Under the pieces are notes generated by a model. It was not told where the DNA came from, did not search any database, and saw only the letters and a program-made list of their open reading frames with translations. A stretch of 64,000 bases of DNA, taken from NCBI GenBank assembly GCA_963663805.2, contig CAXXMR010000011.1:1-64000 (forward strand), in the 5' to 3' direction. Both the position numbers and the translations under genes were made by a program. This stretch comes from Sedimentisphaerales bacterium. GTDB taxonomy: Bacteria; Planctomycetota; Phycisphaerae; Sedimentisphaerales; SM23-30. Shown piece after piece: positions 40,660 to 51,064 of this stretch (positions are counted from its first letter, which is position 1; each line of letters begins with the position of its first letter).

Positions 40660-41715
40660 TCAATTGGAATCGGGCACCGCCGCGGTCGAGCCGCGTACAA
40701 TCAGTTCGCATTCCATCTTGACGCGTTTGGGGGTATCGCCTCTTAGCGTGCCTTCCAGACGGTCAATCAGTATCCGCGCTGCACGTCGACCAATCTTTTC
40801 CGGCTGCTGGCGAATTGTTGTCAAGGGCGGTTGAATCAGCTGGTTGTATTCATGCGAATCGCTGAAGCCCACCACCGACAAATCCTGCGGCACGCGGATA
40901 CCCATGTCACGGGCAACTTTGTAAATCATATAAGCGCGGGTATCACTACAGGCAAATATGGCTGTCGGACGTTTTTTCATCGCAAGCAGCTCACGGGCCG
41001 CTTCGGGGATGTCTTCCTTATATACAGTCTCAATGCTCACCACTGAAGCATCTGGAAATATTTTCACCGCGTTTTCGAAGTATTGCTTACGCTGCTTGGC
41101 CCAGCCCCAACGCTGGTCGCCGGCCAGATGACCGAAACGACGATGGCCCAGATTATATAAATGCTGGGCCGTAACCCGAGCCCCCGGCCGCTCATCGGTA
41201 TCTACCGAATCGGCGAAAGAAAGCTCATGGTCAATCGTCACCACCGGCAAATCACGGGCCTCCAGTTCCTCCAGATGCTCTGAATATGCCTCGGTAACTG
41301 TGGGCCACAAAATCACACCGTCAACCCGACGGTCCAAAAGACGATGAATCTGCTTGAGCATAAAACTGCTGCTGTAACGCTTGACACTGTCCTCGTCATA
41401 CCAGAGAGTCAGCGGAGCGTAATCTTCTGAAACCAACTCATCGTGAACCCCCCGCAAAATCAGCGACCAGTAACTGTTGTAAGGCGGAACCATCACCCCT
41501 ACCGTCCGAGTTCGACCAGTCTGAAAACCTCGTATCAAAAGGTTAGGCCGATACCCCAACTCCTCGGCAACCGCCATTATCTTGGTCCGGGCCTTGGCCG
41601 ACACCTCGCTGCGATCGTTCAGAGCCCGCGAAACCGTACTCACTGAGTACTTGGTTTCCTCGGCAATCTTCTTTAATGTGCCCATCGAAGCCGGGGGCAT
41701 AAAAAACCTCTTCAT
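40660..41715 (-). CDS. LacI-family transcriptional regulator
   Basis: TLKKIAEETKYSVSTVSRALN, LGYRPN, PTAIFACSD, VPQDLSVVGF, PPLTTIRQ. Confidence 0.95.
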   Translation of the reverse strand: MKRFFMPPASMGTLKKIAEETKYSVSTVSRALNDRSEVSAKARTKIMAVAEELGYRPNLLIRGFQTGRTRTVGVMVPPYNSYWSLILRGVHDELVSEDYAPLTLWYDEDSVKRYSSSFMLKQIHRLLDRRVDGVILWPTVTEAYSEHLEELEARDLPVVTIDHELSFADSVDTDERPGARVTAQHLYNLGHRRFGHLAGDQRWGWAKQRKQYFENAVKIFPDASVVSIETVYKEDIPEAARELLAMKKRPTAIFACSDTRAYMIYKVARDMGIRVPQDLSVVGFSDSHEYNQLIQPPLTTIRQQPEKIGRRAARILIDRLEGTLRGDTPKRVKMECELIVRGSTAAVPDSN

Positions 41716-41741
41716 GGTCGACTAACAGTATTTTAACATTA

Positions 41742-41945
41742 CTGCAACTACTTGCAGGATTATATCGAAACTACTTGCGGCCAGTCAATAGTTTTTTGTG
41801 ATTTTCTCTCCTGTTTTGTTTTACAATCTCATGTCAAATACCAGATAAATACAAATAAACACTTATAAAATAACTATTTATATAAATATACGATTTTTTT
41901 AAAAAAATGCCTGCTGGTCCCGGAATAACCCTGCAACTACTTGCC
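41742..41945 (-). promoter_or_regulatory. lacI promoter with three copies of an operator G(C/A)AACTACTTGC
   Basis: Minus-strand TTGACT-18 nt-TATAAT at 41788-41759; operator copies at 41742-41757, 41767-41778 and 41931-41945. Confidence 0.75.
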
Positions 41946-42132
41946 AAATAGTCCTATATTATAACGATTTGGCAGGAACAACTTCCACAACTCGAACATT
42001 TTCAGCAAGTTATATTCAAACGATTACAATCCCGCCCAATTCGCCCCACAAAAGACCGGTCCGCCCAAAAAACTGCCCCAAAGCCACTGTTTTTATAATG
42101 AGATTCGGAATGCTCCCCGGAGAGGCTGACTA

Positions 42133-44877
42133 TCACCACTGCAAATCATCACGATACCAGTAAAGTACCCGCCCCAGTTCCTCACCTGAAATCAGGTCGA
42201 GTTGACCGTCATTATTCAAATCTGTGGGCCAAACCGAAAGATTATGCGTCCCCACCTTTATTACATCACCGTTTTTCAGCTTAATCAACACCGGATTCTG
42301 GAAAATCGGCTCGGTCGCAGTACCGATATTCTTCATGAAGTACATGCCAGCGTGCGGCACCATCTCACCCACGTGATACCGCGAACCGGAATGGGTGCCA
42401 TAAAGCACATCCCACACCCCATCGCCGTCCCAGTCGGCTACAGCCTTTTTAGTCCTGCCCCAAAAACCGTCATAAGGACCACAAAGCCGGAATGGTTTGC
42501 CTTTATGATTAACCATCTTCACACTACGAGAAATTTGACTTGAACCTTTGCTCTCAGGAACCGCCACTGCAAGCTGACCATCCGCGTCCAGATAGAGCAT
42601 ACACGCCCGGTCGTCCCCGGCAAAGCCTGTCTCGCCCGGTATAATTGCCGGTCGTGAGCGCCAGGCGATGGGCAGTTGTTTGCCGTTCATCGTAAAGACG
42701 GCAGATTTCACTTTCAAAGTATCACCCGTCCGACGATGCAGATAAACATTCGCTGAACTGTCATTGCTTATCATCTCAAGCTTGCCATCGCCGTCCCAGT
42801 CACCTATTGTCGGCTGAGTATAGCCCCAACGCTGCTCAAACGGCCCCTGGATGCTCTTATGCAAACCCGGCACAAAACGTATAATCCCGTCATCATTGAA
42901 AAACGGATTCGCTGAGTCATAAACCAGCGGGTCAGCGGTACCTCTGGCAAGCCACAAATAACCGCTGGCATCACCCATCACAATATCTTCGTAGCCATCC
43001 CCATCCCAGTCACCCCGACAAGGCGTCGTAAGCGTATCCGCCGCTACGTATCCACCCAGCTCACAGAACGAACCCATATCACGAAACTGCCCCACCGCCG
43101 AACCTTTCAGCAAGGTTATCCGCCCATCGGCGCCAGAACGCATAACGACCTCAAGCTCGTCATCGCCGTCCATATTACCTGCGAAAATAAACACCGCCAG
43201 ATGTGTACTATCGACGATTTTACCCGTCGCTAAAAACGGCTGGGGCTTACCCACGCACAAACCGCCATCGAAGGTCAATACCTTCAAAGCACACACTGTA
43301 TTGGTGTCACCCGTCGTGATAATATACTTTTCACCGTCAATTTCCAGAAAAGCGTTACTGGAATCAGCCCGCCAAGTGTACCATTGCAGCGGGTAATGAT
43401 CCAGCCCCTGAAAAACCTTGTTCATTTTGGCAAAACACAGCCGCCCTTCCGAATCATAATAACCCTTGGCCCAATGTACCACGCTTTTGAGACGATTACC
43501 CAGCCAGTTACCGTCAATGTCATAACCTTCGGCAGGCCCCACATTTTCATAGTCATCGCTCGGCCCCATATCAGGCTGGTCAGAGCTGGACCACGGCCCT
43601 TTGGTCGTAGGATAATAATTAAACTTCAAACGCCGATTATAGACACTCATCAACAGGTCAACCACCCCGTCACCATCTATATCAGCAACGAAATTAGTAC
43701 TATCATATTTCGGGCGGTACTTCATCGGAATTTCATAGCTGTGGCTATAATCCGCCTTTCCAGGCTGACCGTTATTGACATAATATATCATATTCGGCAC
43801 ATCAATTAAATCATATTGCCCGTCCTTGTTTTTAATCGCGGTGTAATAGCCTTGTGTTTCCGGTCGATTGAATTCACATCCTCCGTCATAAACATAATTA
43901 CCCGCCAAAGAAGGATATCCCTGCCGCTGATCATTGTTTTTAACAAACTTATGTAATGCCGAATTCATCCGTGCATAATCATTACCCCTATCGCTGGTGA
44001 TAACCACATCCATCACATCGCCACTGGTTATCGGCAAAATACTGACCTCCGAAAAGCCCGTATTCAACGGATGCAGCGCATCATCAGCGAACCGCAAAAC
44101 CTTATGATAAGTCGGCTCAGGATTTAGTTTCTTTTCCATCCCCGCAAAGGGCAGTGCCTCTGCCAGGGAAGATGTCAGCTTAATCTCATCAATCCGCAAA
44201 ACCCCGCCATTTTTACTAATCACGTAACCGATAGACTCAGCCACACTGTCAACCTCATTTTCGCATCTGGCCATCCATTTTTCCGGCTCGACTGTCGGCA
44301 GTTTATCCAGTTCATAAACCGAAGCACAAAGTACATCATTCTCGCCCTCAGGTGCCGCCACCAGCTTACCCAGCAAAAAATAAGTTTTGTTCAAATCGTA
44401 ACTAAAATCACTGGGAACCTCTTTTCCACCCAATACCAGCCTGAGTTTTTCGTCACTGCCGGCCTGAATCGACCATACTGTCCCATCTTGGTTTTTCATG
44501 CGGACAAAATCAACCATCTCACTTCCCAGTGTATTTTGTTCGTCATCGCGTCTAAAAAAACAACTGAAATAATACGTCATCTCAACCGCCGGATTCAGCG
44601 GCAGCTTTATACTCCGTTCCATTTCACCGGCCCGCAGGGCATGGGCTGAGCCTATCACCGCTGAAGCATCCAGCCCCAGCTCCAAAGCCGCGACCTGCTC
44701 CATAAACGCTTCTTTATCTAACGCCTTGCTCCGCCACGCCCCGCCCAGACCAATTCCACCGTACTCACCCGAAACAGCTTTGCCATCAGCAAAATCAAAA
44801 CCCTGATAAATATAAACATTGCCATAACCGCAACTGACCATTACTGCCATCAATACTGCCCAAAACCATTTTGTCAT
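42133..44877 (-). CDS. Secreted FG-GAP/VCBS-repeat protein
   Basis: Signal peptide; repeats DIDGDGVVDL, DWDGDGYEDI, DWDGDGKLE, DWDGDGVWDV, DLNNDGQLDL. Confidence 0.85.
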   Translation of the reverse strand: MTKWFWAVLMAVMVSCGYGNVYIYQGFDFADGKAVSGEYGGIGLGGAWRSKALDKEAFMEQVAALELGLDASAVIGSAHALRAGEMERSIKLPLNPAVEMTYYFSCFFRRDDEQNTLGSEMVDFVRMKNQDGTVWSIQAGSDEKLRLVLGGKEVPSDFSYDLNKTYFLLGKLVAAPEGENDVLCASVYELDKLPTVEPEKWMARCENEVDSVAESIGYVISKNGGVLRIDEIKLTSSLAEALPFAGMEKKLNPEPTYHKVLRFADDALHPLNTGFSEVSILPITSGDVMDVVITSDRGNDYARMNSALHKFVKNNDQRQGYPSLAGNYVYDGGCEFNRPETQGYYTAIKNKDGQYDLIDVPNMIYYVNNGQPGKADYSHSYEIPMKYRPKYDSTNFVADIDGDGVVDLLMSVYNRRLKFNYYPTTKGPWSSSDQPDMGPSDDYENVGPAEGYDIDGNWLGNRLKSVVHWAKGYYDSEGRLCFAKMNKVFQGLDHYPLQWYTWRADSSNAFLEIDGEKYIITTGDTNTVCALKVLTFDGGLCVGKPQPFLATGKIVDSTHLAVFIFAGNMDGDDELEVVMRSGADGRITLLKGSAVGQFRDMGSFCELGGYVAADTLTTPCRGDWDGDGYEDIVMGDASGYLWLARGTADPLVYDSANPFFNDDGIIRFVPGLHKSIQGPFEQRWGYTQPTIGDWDGDGKLEMISNDSSANVYLHRRTGDTLKVKSAVFTMNGKQLPIAWRSRPAIIPGETGFAGDDRACMLYLDADGQLAVAVPESKGSSQISRSVKMVNHKGKPFRLCGPYDGFWGRTKKAVADWDGDGVWDVLYGTHSGSRYHVGEMVPHAGMYFMKNIGTATEPIFQNPVLIKLKNGDVIKVGTHNLSVWPTDLNNDGQLDLISGEELGRVLYWYRDDLQW

Positions 44878-44892
44878 TTTAATTCTCCGTAG

Positions 44893-46266
44893 TTACTTTC
44901 GTTGCCAGGGCACTCTGCCAATATCATTTACGTGATTCTGAAGAACTCCAAAAAGCGTCTGATACATTTCATGCGATTCAGGTAAAGCCTTCACCTCGCC
45001 GGGGTCCTCCCGAAGATTGTAAAGCCGAAAACGCTCAAACGGTGTATTCTGCAACAGTTTCCAGTCACCATAGCGTACGGCATAATATTCCTGACCGCCA
45101 TAAGGCTCACCACCCTCACGGCACACCCAGAACAGGTATCGTTTATCAGGTATCGTACTATTGCTCCCTTTCAGTGATTGCAGAAAACTCATCCCGTCAA
45201 TATCGCCGGGCACTTTCACTCCGGCAGCTTCACAAGCCGTAGGGAATATATCCATCGTCAAAGCCACTTCATCACAATTGCGTGAGCCAGCCTTTATTGT
45301 ACCAGGCCATACAGCACACATGGGCACCTTTATCCCACCCTCATACATAGTCCCCTTGCCACCGTTAAGTTTGCCATTGTTGGCTCCGATACCCAATTGA
45401 CCACCATTGTCAGAAACAAAAACCATCAGAGTGTGCTCACTAATTCCGCAGGAGTTGACCGCTGCGACAACCTGGCCTATACCATCATCCATATGCTCTA
45501 TCAAAGCCACAAGCATGGCACGTTCACCATCTATTTGCGGCTCGCGCTCTTTCACCCGTTCCAGCCAGTCCCCACGCGGCTGAATGGGAGTATGCGGTGC
45601 GTTATAAGCCAGATATAAAAAGAACGGCTTGTCCTTTTTAGCCTGCCCTTTGATATAATCCACCGACCATTGAGTAAACAAATCGGTCGCGTGCCCTTCC
45701 GGGTCGATAGTCTCGCTATCACGACGCATATAATTAATATTGTCGCGTATGTGAGTAAAATAATCATCCATCATATCGCCCAGAAAACCATGGAAATAAT
45801 CAAAACCACGTCGATTGGGCAAATCCTGCTCTCGTATCCCCAGATGCCACTTGCCAATTGCCGCGGTATCATAGCCTGCTTTCTTGAGAACTTCAGAAAG
45901 CAAAACCGCTTCGCTGCTCAAACATCCCCAACTCTTGCTGCGGTCCGTACGAATTACTCCAGGCACTCCCACTCTGTCAGGATAACAGCCGCTCAATAAC
46001 GCCGCACGCGTCGGTGAACATACCGGACTATTGGAATAAAAATTATCCCACCGCATTCCTGCGTCCATCATACTATCCACACAAGGCGTCCGCAGGTCCG
46101 ATCCGCCATAACATGACAAATCACCATAACCCAGATCATCAACCAGAATAACGATAATATTAGGCCGAACCGAACCATTCGAGCTGTGCGATTCCGCCCA
46201 CAGCTTTTGCATACTCCCGGCAAACGTAAACATAGCAGCCGTCTTGACAAAATCGCGACGCAACAT
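44893..46266 (-). CDS. Sulfatase (arylsulfatase A-like), Tat signal
   Basis: RRDFVK; DDLGYGD, CSPTRAALLSG, GKWHLG, SDNGG. Confidence 0.95.
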   Translation of the reverse strand: MLRRDFVKTAAMFTFAGSMQKLWAESHSSNGSVRPNIIVILVDDLGYGDLSCYGGSDLRTPCVDSMMDAGMRWDNFYSNSPVCSPTRAALLSGCYPDRVGVPGVIRTDRSKSWGCLSSEAVLLSEVLKKAGYDTAAIGKWHLGIREQDLPNRRGFDYFHGFLGDMMDDYFTHIRDNINYMRRDSETIDPEGHATDLFTQWSVDYIKGQAKKDKPFFLYLAYNAPHTPIQPRGDWLERVKEREPQIDGERAMLVALIEHMDDGIGQVVAAVNSCGISEHTLMVFVSDNGGQLGIGANNGKLNGGKGTMYEGGIKVPMCAVWPGTIKAGSRNCDEVALTMDIFPTACEAAGVKVPGDIDGMSFLQSLKGSNSTIPDKRYLFWVCREGGEPYGGQEYYAVRYGDWKLLQNTPFERFRLYNLREDPGEVKALPESHEMYQTLFGVLQNHVNDIGRVPWQRK

Positions 46267-46356
46267 ACGAATTCTCCTTGAAATGCCATATCGAACGAAG
46301 ACTATTCAATACACCATCCCCCGCCAGATTGTCAACCGTCAATATTCAATTTGTCG

Positions 46357-48393
46357 CTAATTAAAAATTGCGACACAATCGCTGGCGTAAGGCTGCGTAC
46401 AGACCAGCCAATCTTCCAGAAACAGCCCGAAATCCATCATATCTACATAGCAGTCCTGATTGAAATCCATCGTCGCATAACCCCACTGGCCACACGGTGC
46501 CAAATACTGCATATAGTTCTCCAGCCGATGGAATGTGATGCGGTTGGAATTATGATAAGTCTCTCCGCCATCGTAGGATGTCCGGGTGATAAAAATTATA
46601 TCGTCACCGTGAAATTCCCAAACTACATATTGGAACCCGATATCTTCCAGCGAATCCTGCCAGCTCATCGCCGAATTATCCTGAATAATCGTCTTGATAT
46701 GCGTCCAGTTCCGCAAATCATCCGAAGCTATCAGCGAAAGCGTATTACGCTGCATCGCCCGGCTTGGGTCGGTATTGTTATTCACCAAAGCTAGATATTT
46801 ACCTGTGGCCGGCTCACGCTGAATATGGAATTTGTTTCTGCCTCCGGGCATATCAATCAAACCCGTGGCAGGGTCATAGCTCAGCGTCGTATTATCCGCA
46901 CTCAACGTAAGAATCGCCGCGTAATTAACATCCGGGTCCGAATGAAAACGTATCACATCCACAACCGTACCATCCGGTGCCTGCACCGCGTTACCTTCCA
47001 GCCAGCCCGGACCGTCACAGGTCATCCCCGGATACAACCATTCCGGCTCAAAATGCACCTCGTTAGTTATTGTCCAGTTTGCCGCGTTGAGCAAATCTGA
47101 ATTCTGGTCCGCAGAAACCATCACTGCCGAGAACTGATCCGCCCAACTGCTCGCCGGTTTGTGTCGAGCCTCAAAAGCCCGATATATCCTGCTATTAGCG
47201 AACAAAACCGGTACCGCCGCACCACCGTAAAAATGTGTGTCCGGGTCTGCCGCTTCAAACAGCAAGCCATTGGTACTGTTCGTCGGCGTGGTCCAGGTCA
47301 AACCATAATTATAACTTCGGGCGATAGTGATATCCCACGTGCCCGGCCGCTCACCCAGCAAATACAAAGCGCCGTTATGCTCAAACAAACTTCCGCCCAC
47401 CACATCGGCAACCTGTGCCCGATACGCCCAGTGCTCACCTTCATCGTAAGAAATTTTGATTATCGCCTCACCCACCACCGGCTTATTCGTACCGAAATAA
47501 CCATGTGTAGCGACCATTACCCCGTTATCAAAACGATGTATCGATGGGTCGCCCAGAAAAAGCCCTTCGGTCCCGCCGTTATTGGTTAGCTCACTTACCC
47601 AAAGTTGAGCCGGCCCTGCCGGGTTACCCGCGTTGTAATGCTCCAATATCTCTGCGGCACTTAGTTCACGGTTATAAATCGCCAACTCATCAATAAACCC
47701 CCGATAAGGTGCCTCATAATTAGGCGTACGGCCGATCTGGTCGGTCTGTGTCGGCACACCATAAACATAACTGCTGCTGCCGAAACTTATACTCCGCGTC
47801 GAAACCAGCACCCCGTCATAATAAAACTTCACCATATCATACGCGTAATTTATCACACAAACCAGATGCACCCACTCATCGACCACACTGAAATCCGCCC
47901 TCACCGTCGCATATGAATCAGTCGCGATACTCCGTGCGCCTACGGCAATATAATTGTATCCACCGTTACTATAAACCGCCACGTCAATCCCGGCACTGGC
48001 ATTATTAATCCGCGTCGCGAATATCCGCTGCGTCAAAGTCTCATCCGAAAAGAAACTATTACGTATCCACGCTTCAAAAGTTACCGCAGCAGCACCGTCA
48101 ATCAGCGGGCCAAGATCATTGCCAATATCAATCCCCGCCTTATAACCGTTAAACCAGCAGGCCGTCTGGTCAATCCCGGCCCCAACGACCATCGCATCAT
48201 CATGATAAATCGACAACGAAATATTCCCCGTCATTTCCCTCGCCGTCATCCCGTCATTGCACCACGCATCATCGAACCGCCACCAAGCCACCGGCCCATC
48301 CTCTGCAACTACCGACGCATAATCAGCCCACAACCCACCTGTCAGCCCCAATACCAAAACCAGTCCAAAAAAATATCTGCTTAGTGACAACAT
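46357..48393 (-). CDS. Secreted LamG + sialidase-like (Asp-box) protein with dockerin-like tail
   Basis: AGGAG RBS before ATG 48393; WWRFDD...GFIDELAIYN; SYDEGEHW, SYNYGLTW, SDDLRNW; GWLEGNAV, GFQY, HNSNRITFHR; DFNQDCYVD..WL. Confidence 0.85.
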   Translation of the reverse strand: MLSLSRYFFGLVLVLGLTGGLWADYASVVAEDGPVAWWRFDDAWCNDGMTAREMTGNISLSIYHDDAMVVGAGIDQTACWFNGYKAGIDIGNDLGPLIDGAAAVTFEAWIRNSFFSDETLTQRIFATRINNASAGIDVAVYSNGGYNYIAVGARSIATDSYATVRADFSVVDEWVHLVCVINYAYDMVKFYYDGVLVSTRSISFGSSSYVYGVPTQTDQIGRTPNYEAPYRGFIDELAIYNRELSAAEILEHYNAGNPAGPAQLWVSELTNNGGTEGLFLGDPSIHRFDNGVMVATHGYFGTNKPVVGEAIIKISYDEGEHWAYRAQVADVVGGSLFEHNGALYLLGERPGTWDITIARSYNYGLTWTTPTNSTNGLLFEAADPDTHFYGGAAVPVLFANSRIYRAFEARHKPASSWADQFSAVMVSADQNSDLLNAANWTITNEVHFEPEWLYPGMTCDGPGWLEGNAVQAPDGTVVDVIRFHSDPDVNYAAILTLSADNTTLSYDPATGLIDMPGGRNKFHIQREPATGKYLALVNNNTDPSRAMQRNTLSLIASDDLRNWTHIKTIIQDNSAMSWQDSLEDIGFQYVVWEFHGDDIIFITRTSYDGGETYHNSNRITFHRLENYMQYLAPCGQWGYATMDFNQDCYVDMMDFGLFLEDWLVCTQPYASDCVAIFN

Positions 48394-48415
48394 CCACATT
48401 CTCCTGAATAACAAA

Positions 48416-49540
48416 TCAATACTTCCCATAAGTCCGGGCCGTCTCAACCAAAGCCCGGATATTCTCATCCGGCGTATCCCTGCTGCACTGGTCACCCGTC
48501 GATAATATAAACCCACCCCCCGCCGCGGCGTCATCGATCGCCCTCTTCGCTGCCGTCACCACATCATCCACACTGCCTTGCAGCATCACCGAAGTTGTAT
48601 GCAGATTACCCTTGAGAACAATCCTGTCGCCATACAACTTTTTCAACTCTGCTAAATCGCAATTTCCCATAGGTGCTATTTCCAACGGGTCAATAGCCGT
48701 GAGGTCAGTTTCCTCTACCGCCAAACGCACAAGCTCTTTTTCCGGCCCGCACGAATGAACATGTGTTGCGATACCCAGCTCCGCTGCCAAACGCGTCGTC
48801 TCCTTCAATATCGGTAGAATGAGTTCCTTGAATATCGCCGGTGTCTGCCAGATAAGACTGCCCGAAGCACCACAGAACAGAAAATCCGGCTTTACCTCTA
48901 AGGCCGAAATAACTTTCATACGCCCCCGCACCCGCTCCAGCATTTCTGCTGCCAGTTCATGAAACTTGACCGGGTTATCATAATACTCGTAAATATCGTC
49001 GGGTCCTTGAAACAAACACGTCTTCATCCCCGAAGGCATACCAACCACTCCGTGATTGCCCATCTCCGCCCGCACCAGATTCCAAAGCTCCATCCCGCTC
49101 GGCCAATCTTTAACACCTTCGACGGCCTCCCACTTCTCCGGCGTCGCCTTGAGCCCCACCGTTTCGGGCTTGACCAGCTCTGCCGGCGGATTATCTGCCG
49201 TATGCACCTTGACAAATCGATCCCAACTGTCATTCTCAGGAAAATAATCCTGCGTCACAAAACTACCGTCATCATTTCGCTTCACAATTCGCGGCACCCG
49301 CTCCGGCTCATCGCCGAACAAATTCCCGAAACTGTAAACCTCAAACCCCCCATCAATATCAAAATACTTAACCGCGTCGATATAAGCCTTCCACAGCGGC
49401 GGATCCTGATGAACATAAATATCCCAGAATGGCTTACCCGTCAGCCGCGCCGGAATCATATTGGAAATATCCGGACATACCGGCACAAAATCAGGAATCC
49501 GACCTTGCAGAACCGCCAATATTCTTTCCCGGAAATTCAT
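48416..49540 (-). CDS. Uroporphyrinogen decarboxylase-like (MtaA/CmuA) family protein
   Basis: MNFRERIL..PDFVPV; HSCG, DPLE, LKGNL, GGGFILSTGDQ, TPDENI. Confidence 0.88.
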   Translation of the reverse strand: MNFRERILAVLQGRIPDFVPVCPDISNMIPARLTGKPFWDIYVHQDPPLWKAYIDAVKYFDIDGGFEVYSFGNLFGDEPERVPRIVKRNDDGSFVTQDYFPENDSWDRFVKVHTADNPPAELVKPETVGLKATPEKWEAVEGVKDWPSGMELWNLVRAEMGNHGVVGMPSGMKTCLFQGPDDIYEYYDNPVKFHELAAEMLERVRGRMKVISALEVKPDFLFCGASGSLIWQTPAIFKELILPILKETTRLAAELGIATHVHSCGPEKELVRLAVEETDLTAIDPLEIAPMGNCDLAELKKLYGDRIVLKGNLHTTSVMLQGSVDDVVTAAKRAIDDAAAGGGFILSTGDQCSRDTPDENIRALVETARTYGKY

Positions 49541-49570
49541 CTATGAAACCCTAACCCAAACTGCTCAGTA

Positions 49571-51034
49571 CTATTTTCCCTTACGCCGTCTGTTCTTCTT
49601 AACCTGATCAATCGGTATCTTCGCGGCGAGTTCCTTTTTAATATCCTCATATTCAGGCCTGCCTGCCAAATTATCCCATTCATAGGGGTCCTTCAGATGA
49701 TCGTACAATTCCTCACTGCCATCATCATAGCGAATGTAGCGACAATTACGCGTCCGTATGCAGTTTATATTCTGAGCAAAACTCGTAATCGTGTACCGCC
49801 CAAAATCTTTATCCGGTTCCGCCAACAGTGGCGTCATACTCGCACCGTCCATTTTGCCCGCCTTGCTCAGTCCGCACAAATCTATCAAGGTCGGATAAAT
49901 ATCTATCAAACCCACCGGCTCACCACAACGCTTACCACCCTTAATACCTGGACCCGCTATCATCATCGGCACCCGAGTCGCTTCCTCCCATAGCGTATAC
50001 TTCGACCAGTTCTTCTTCTCACCCTTATGAATCCCGTGATCAGTAAACAGCACTATTATCGTATTATCCCTATATTTGCTGCTGTCCAAAGCATCCAGAA
50101 CCTGCCCCAGACAGTCGTCAACATAAGAGACACAAGCCAGATAAGACTGCACACAACGCCGGACCTTACCGTACTTCTTATATGCCTCATCCGGCTTCCA
50201 GTGCCAATTGATAGTACCCAGCGACTTGGCCGCGTCGGGAATATCATCCCAGTCATCTTCCTTGACTACCGGCAGAGTAATCTCATCTATCGGATAAATA
50301 TCAAAATATTTCTGCGGCGCATACAAAGGCACATGAGGCTTCTTACAGCCCCAGGCCAGAAAAAACGGCTCTGGCAATTTATCAGATTTCAATCTCTCCG
50401 CCACCCAGCCCGAAGTCTTCCAGTCACCCGTTTCCTCATTATCGACCGGAATACAGCCAAAATCATTACCCCACGCCTTTTCATCAACCGGCAAACCATT
50501 CAGCGGCATCCTCTCCACCGGCGGCTCATAAGTTGACGGATTGGGCGTATCCAGCGCCGGCCAATATTCATCCCAACACGCCGGCTCATGGTCAGACTCA
50601 TGGAATATCTTGCCCGTTCCCGTAACAAAATAACCGTTATCACGAAAATGACGAGGCAGCAGCACCGCATCTTTTAGAACCTTAGAATCACGCAGACTAT
50701 GATAATTTTTATATACCCCCGTCACATAAGGCGCCCTGCCCGATAATAACGCCGTCCGCGAAGGAGCACACATCGGGTCCGAACAGTGAGCATTGGTAAA
50801 CAGTATCCCCCGCGCCGCCAGTCGGTCGAAATTGGGAGTTTTAGCGTCCGGATGACCACTCATGCAGCCTATCCAGTCGTTAAGGTCGTCAATCGCCAGA
50901 AACAACACGTTGGGCTTCTTGGCACTCTCGGCTCCCTCCAGCCAACGCGAACTGCCCAAACACGCCAGAGATAAAACCCCGCACCGCTTCAAAAAATCCC
51001 GACGACCTTTCAAGCTGACATCCCGGTTAGACAT
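49571..51034 (-). CDS. Sulfatase (iduronate/choline sulfatase-like), Tat signal
   Basis: RRDFLK; PNVLFLAIDDL, CAPSRTALLSG, GKIFH, KPHVP, TDHG. Confidence 0.94.
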   Translation of the reverse strand: MSNRDVSLKGRRDFLKRCGVLSLACLGSSRWLEGAESAKKPNVLFLAIDDLNDWIGCMSGHPDAKTPNFDRLAARGILFTNAHCSDPMCAPSRTALLSGRAPYVTGVYKNYHSLRDSKVLKDAVLLPRHFRDNGYFVTGTGKIFHESDHEPACWDEYWPALDTPNPSTYEPPVERMPLNGLPVDEKAWGNDFGCIPVDNEETGDWKTSGWVAERLKSDKLPEPFFLAWGCKKPHVPLYAPQKYFDIYPIDEITLPVVKEDDWDDIPDAAKSLGTINWHWKPDEAYKKYGKVRRCVQSYLACVSYVDDCLGQVLDALDSSKYRDNTIIVLFTDHGIHKGEKKNWSKYTLWEEATRVPMMIAGPGIKGGKRCGEPVGLIDIYPTLIDLCGLSKAGKMDGASMTPLLAEPDKDFGRYTITSFAQNINCIRTRNCRYIRYDDGSEELYDHLKDPYEWDNLAGRPEYEDIKKELAAKIPIDQVKKNRRRKGK

Positions 51035-51064
51035 CCGGCAATCTCCTTACCCATTTAATTGTGA

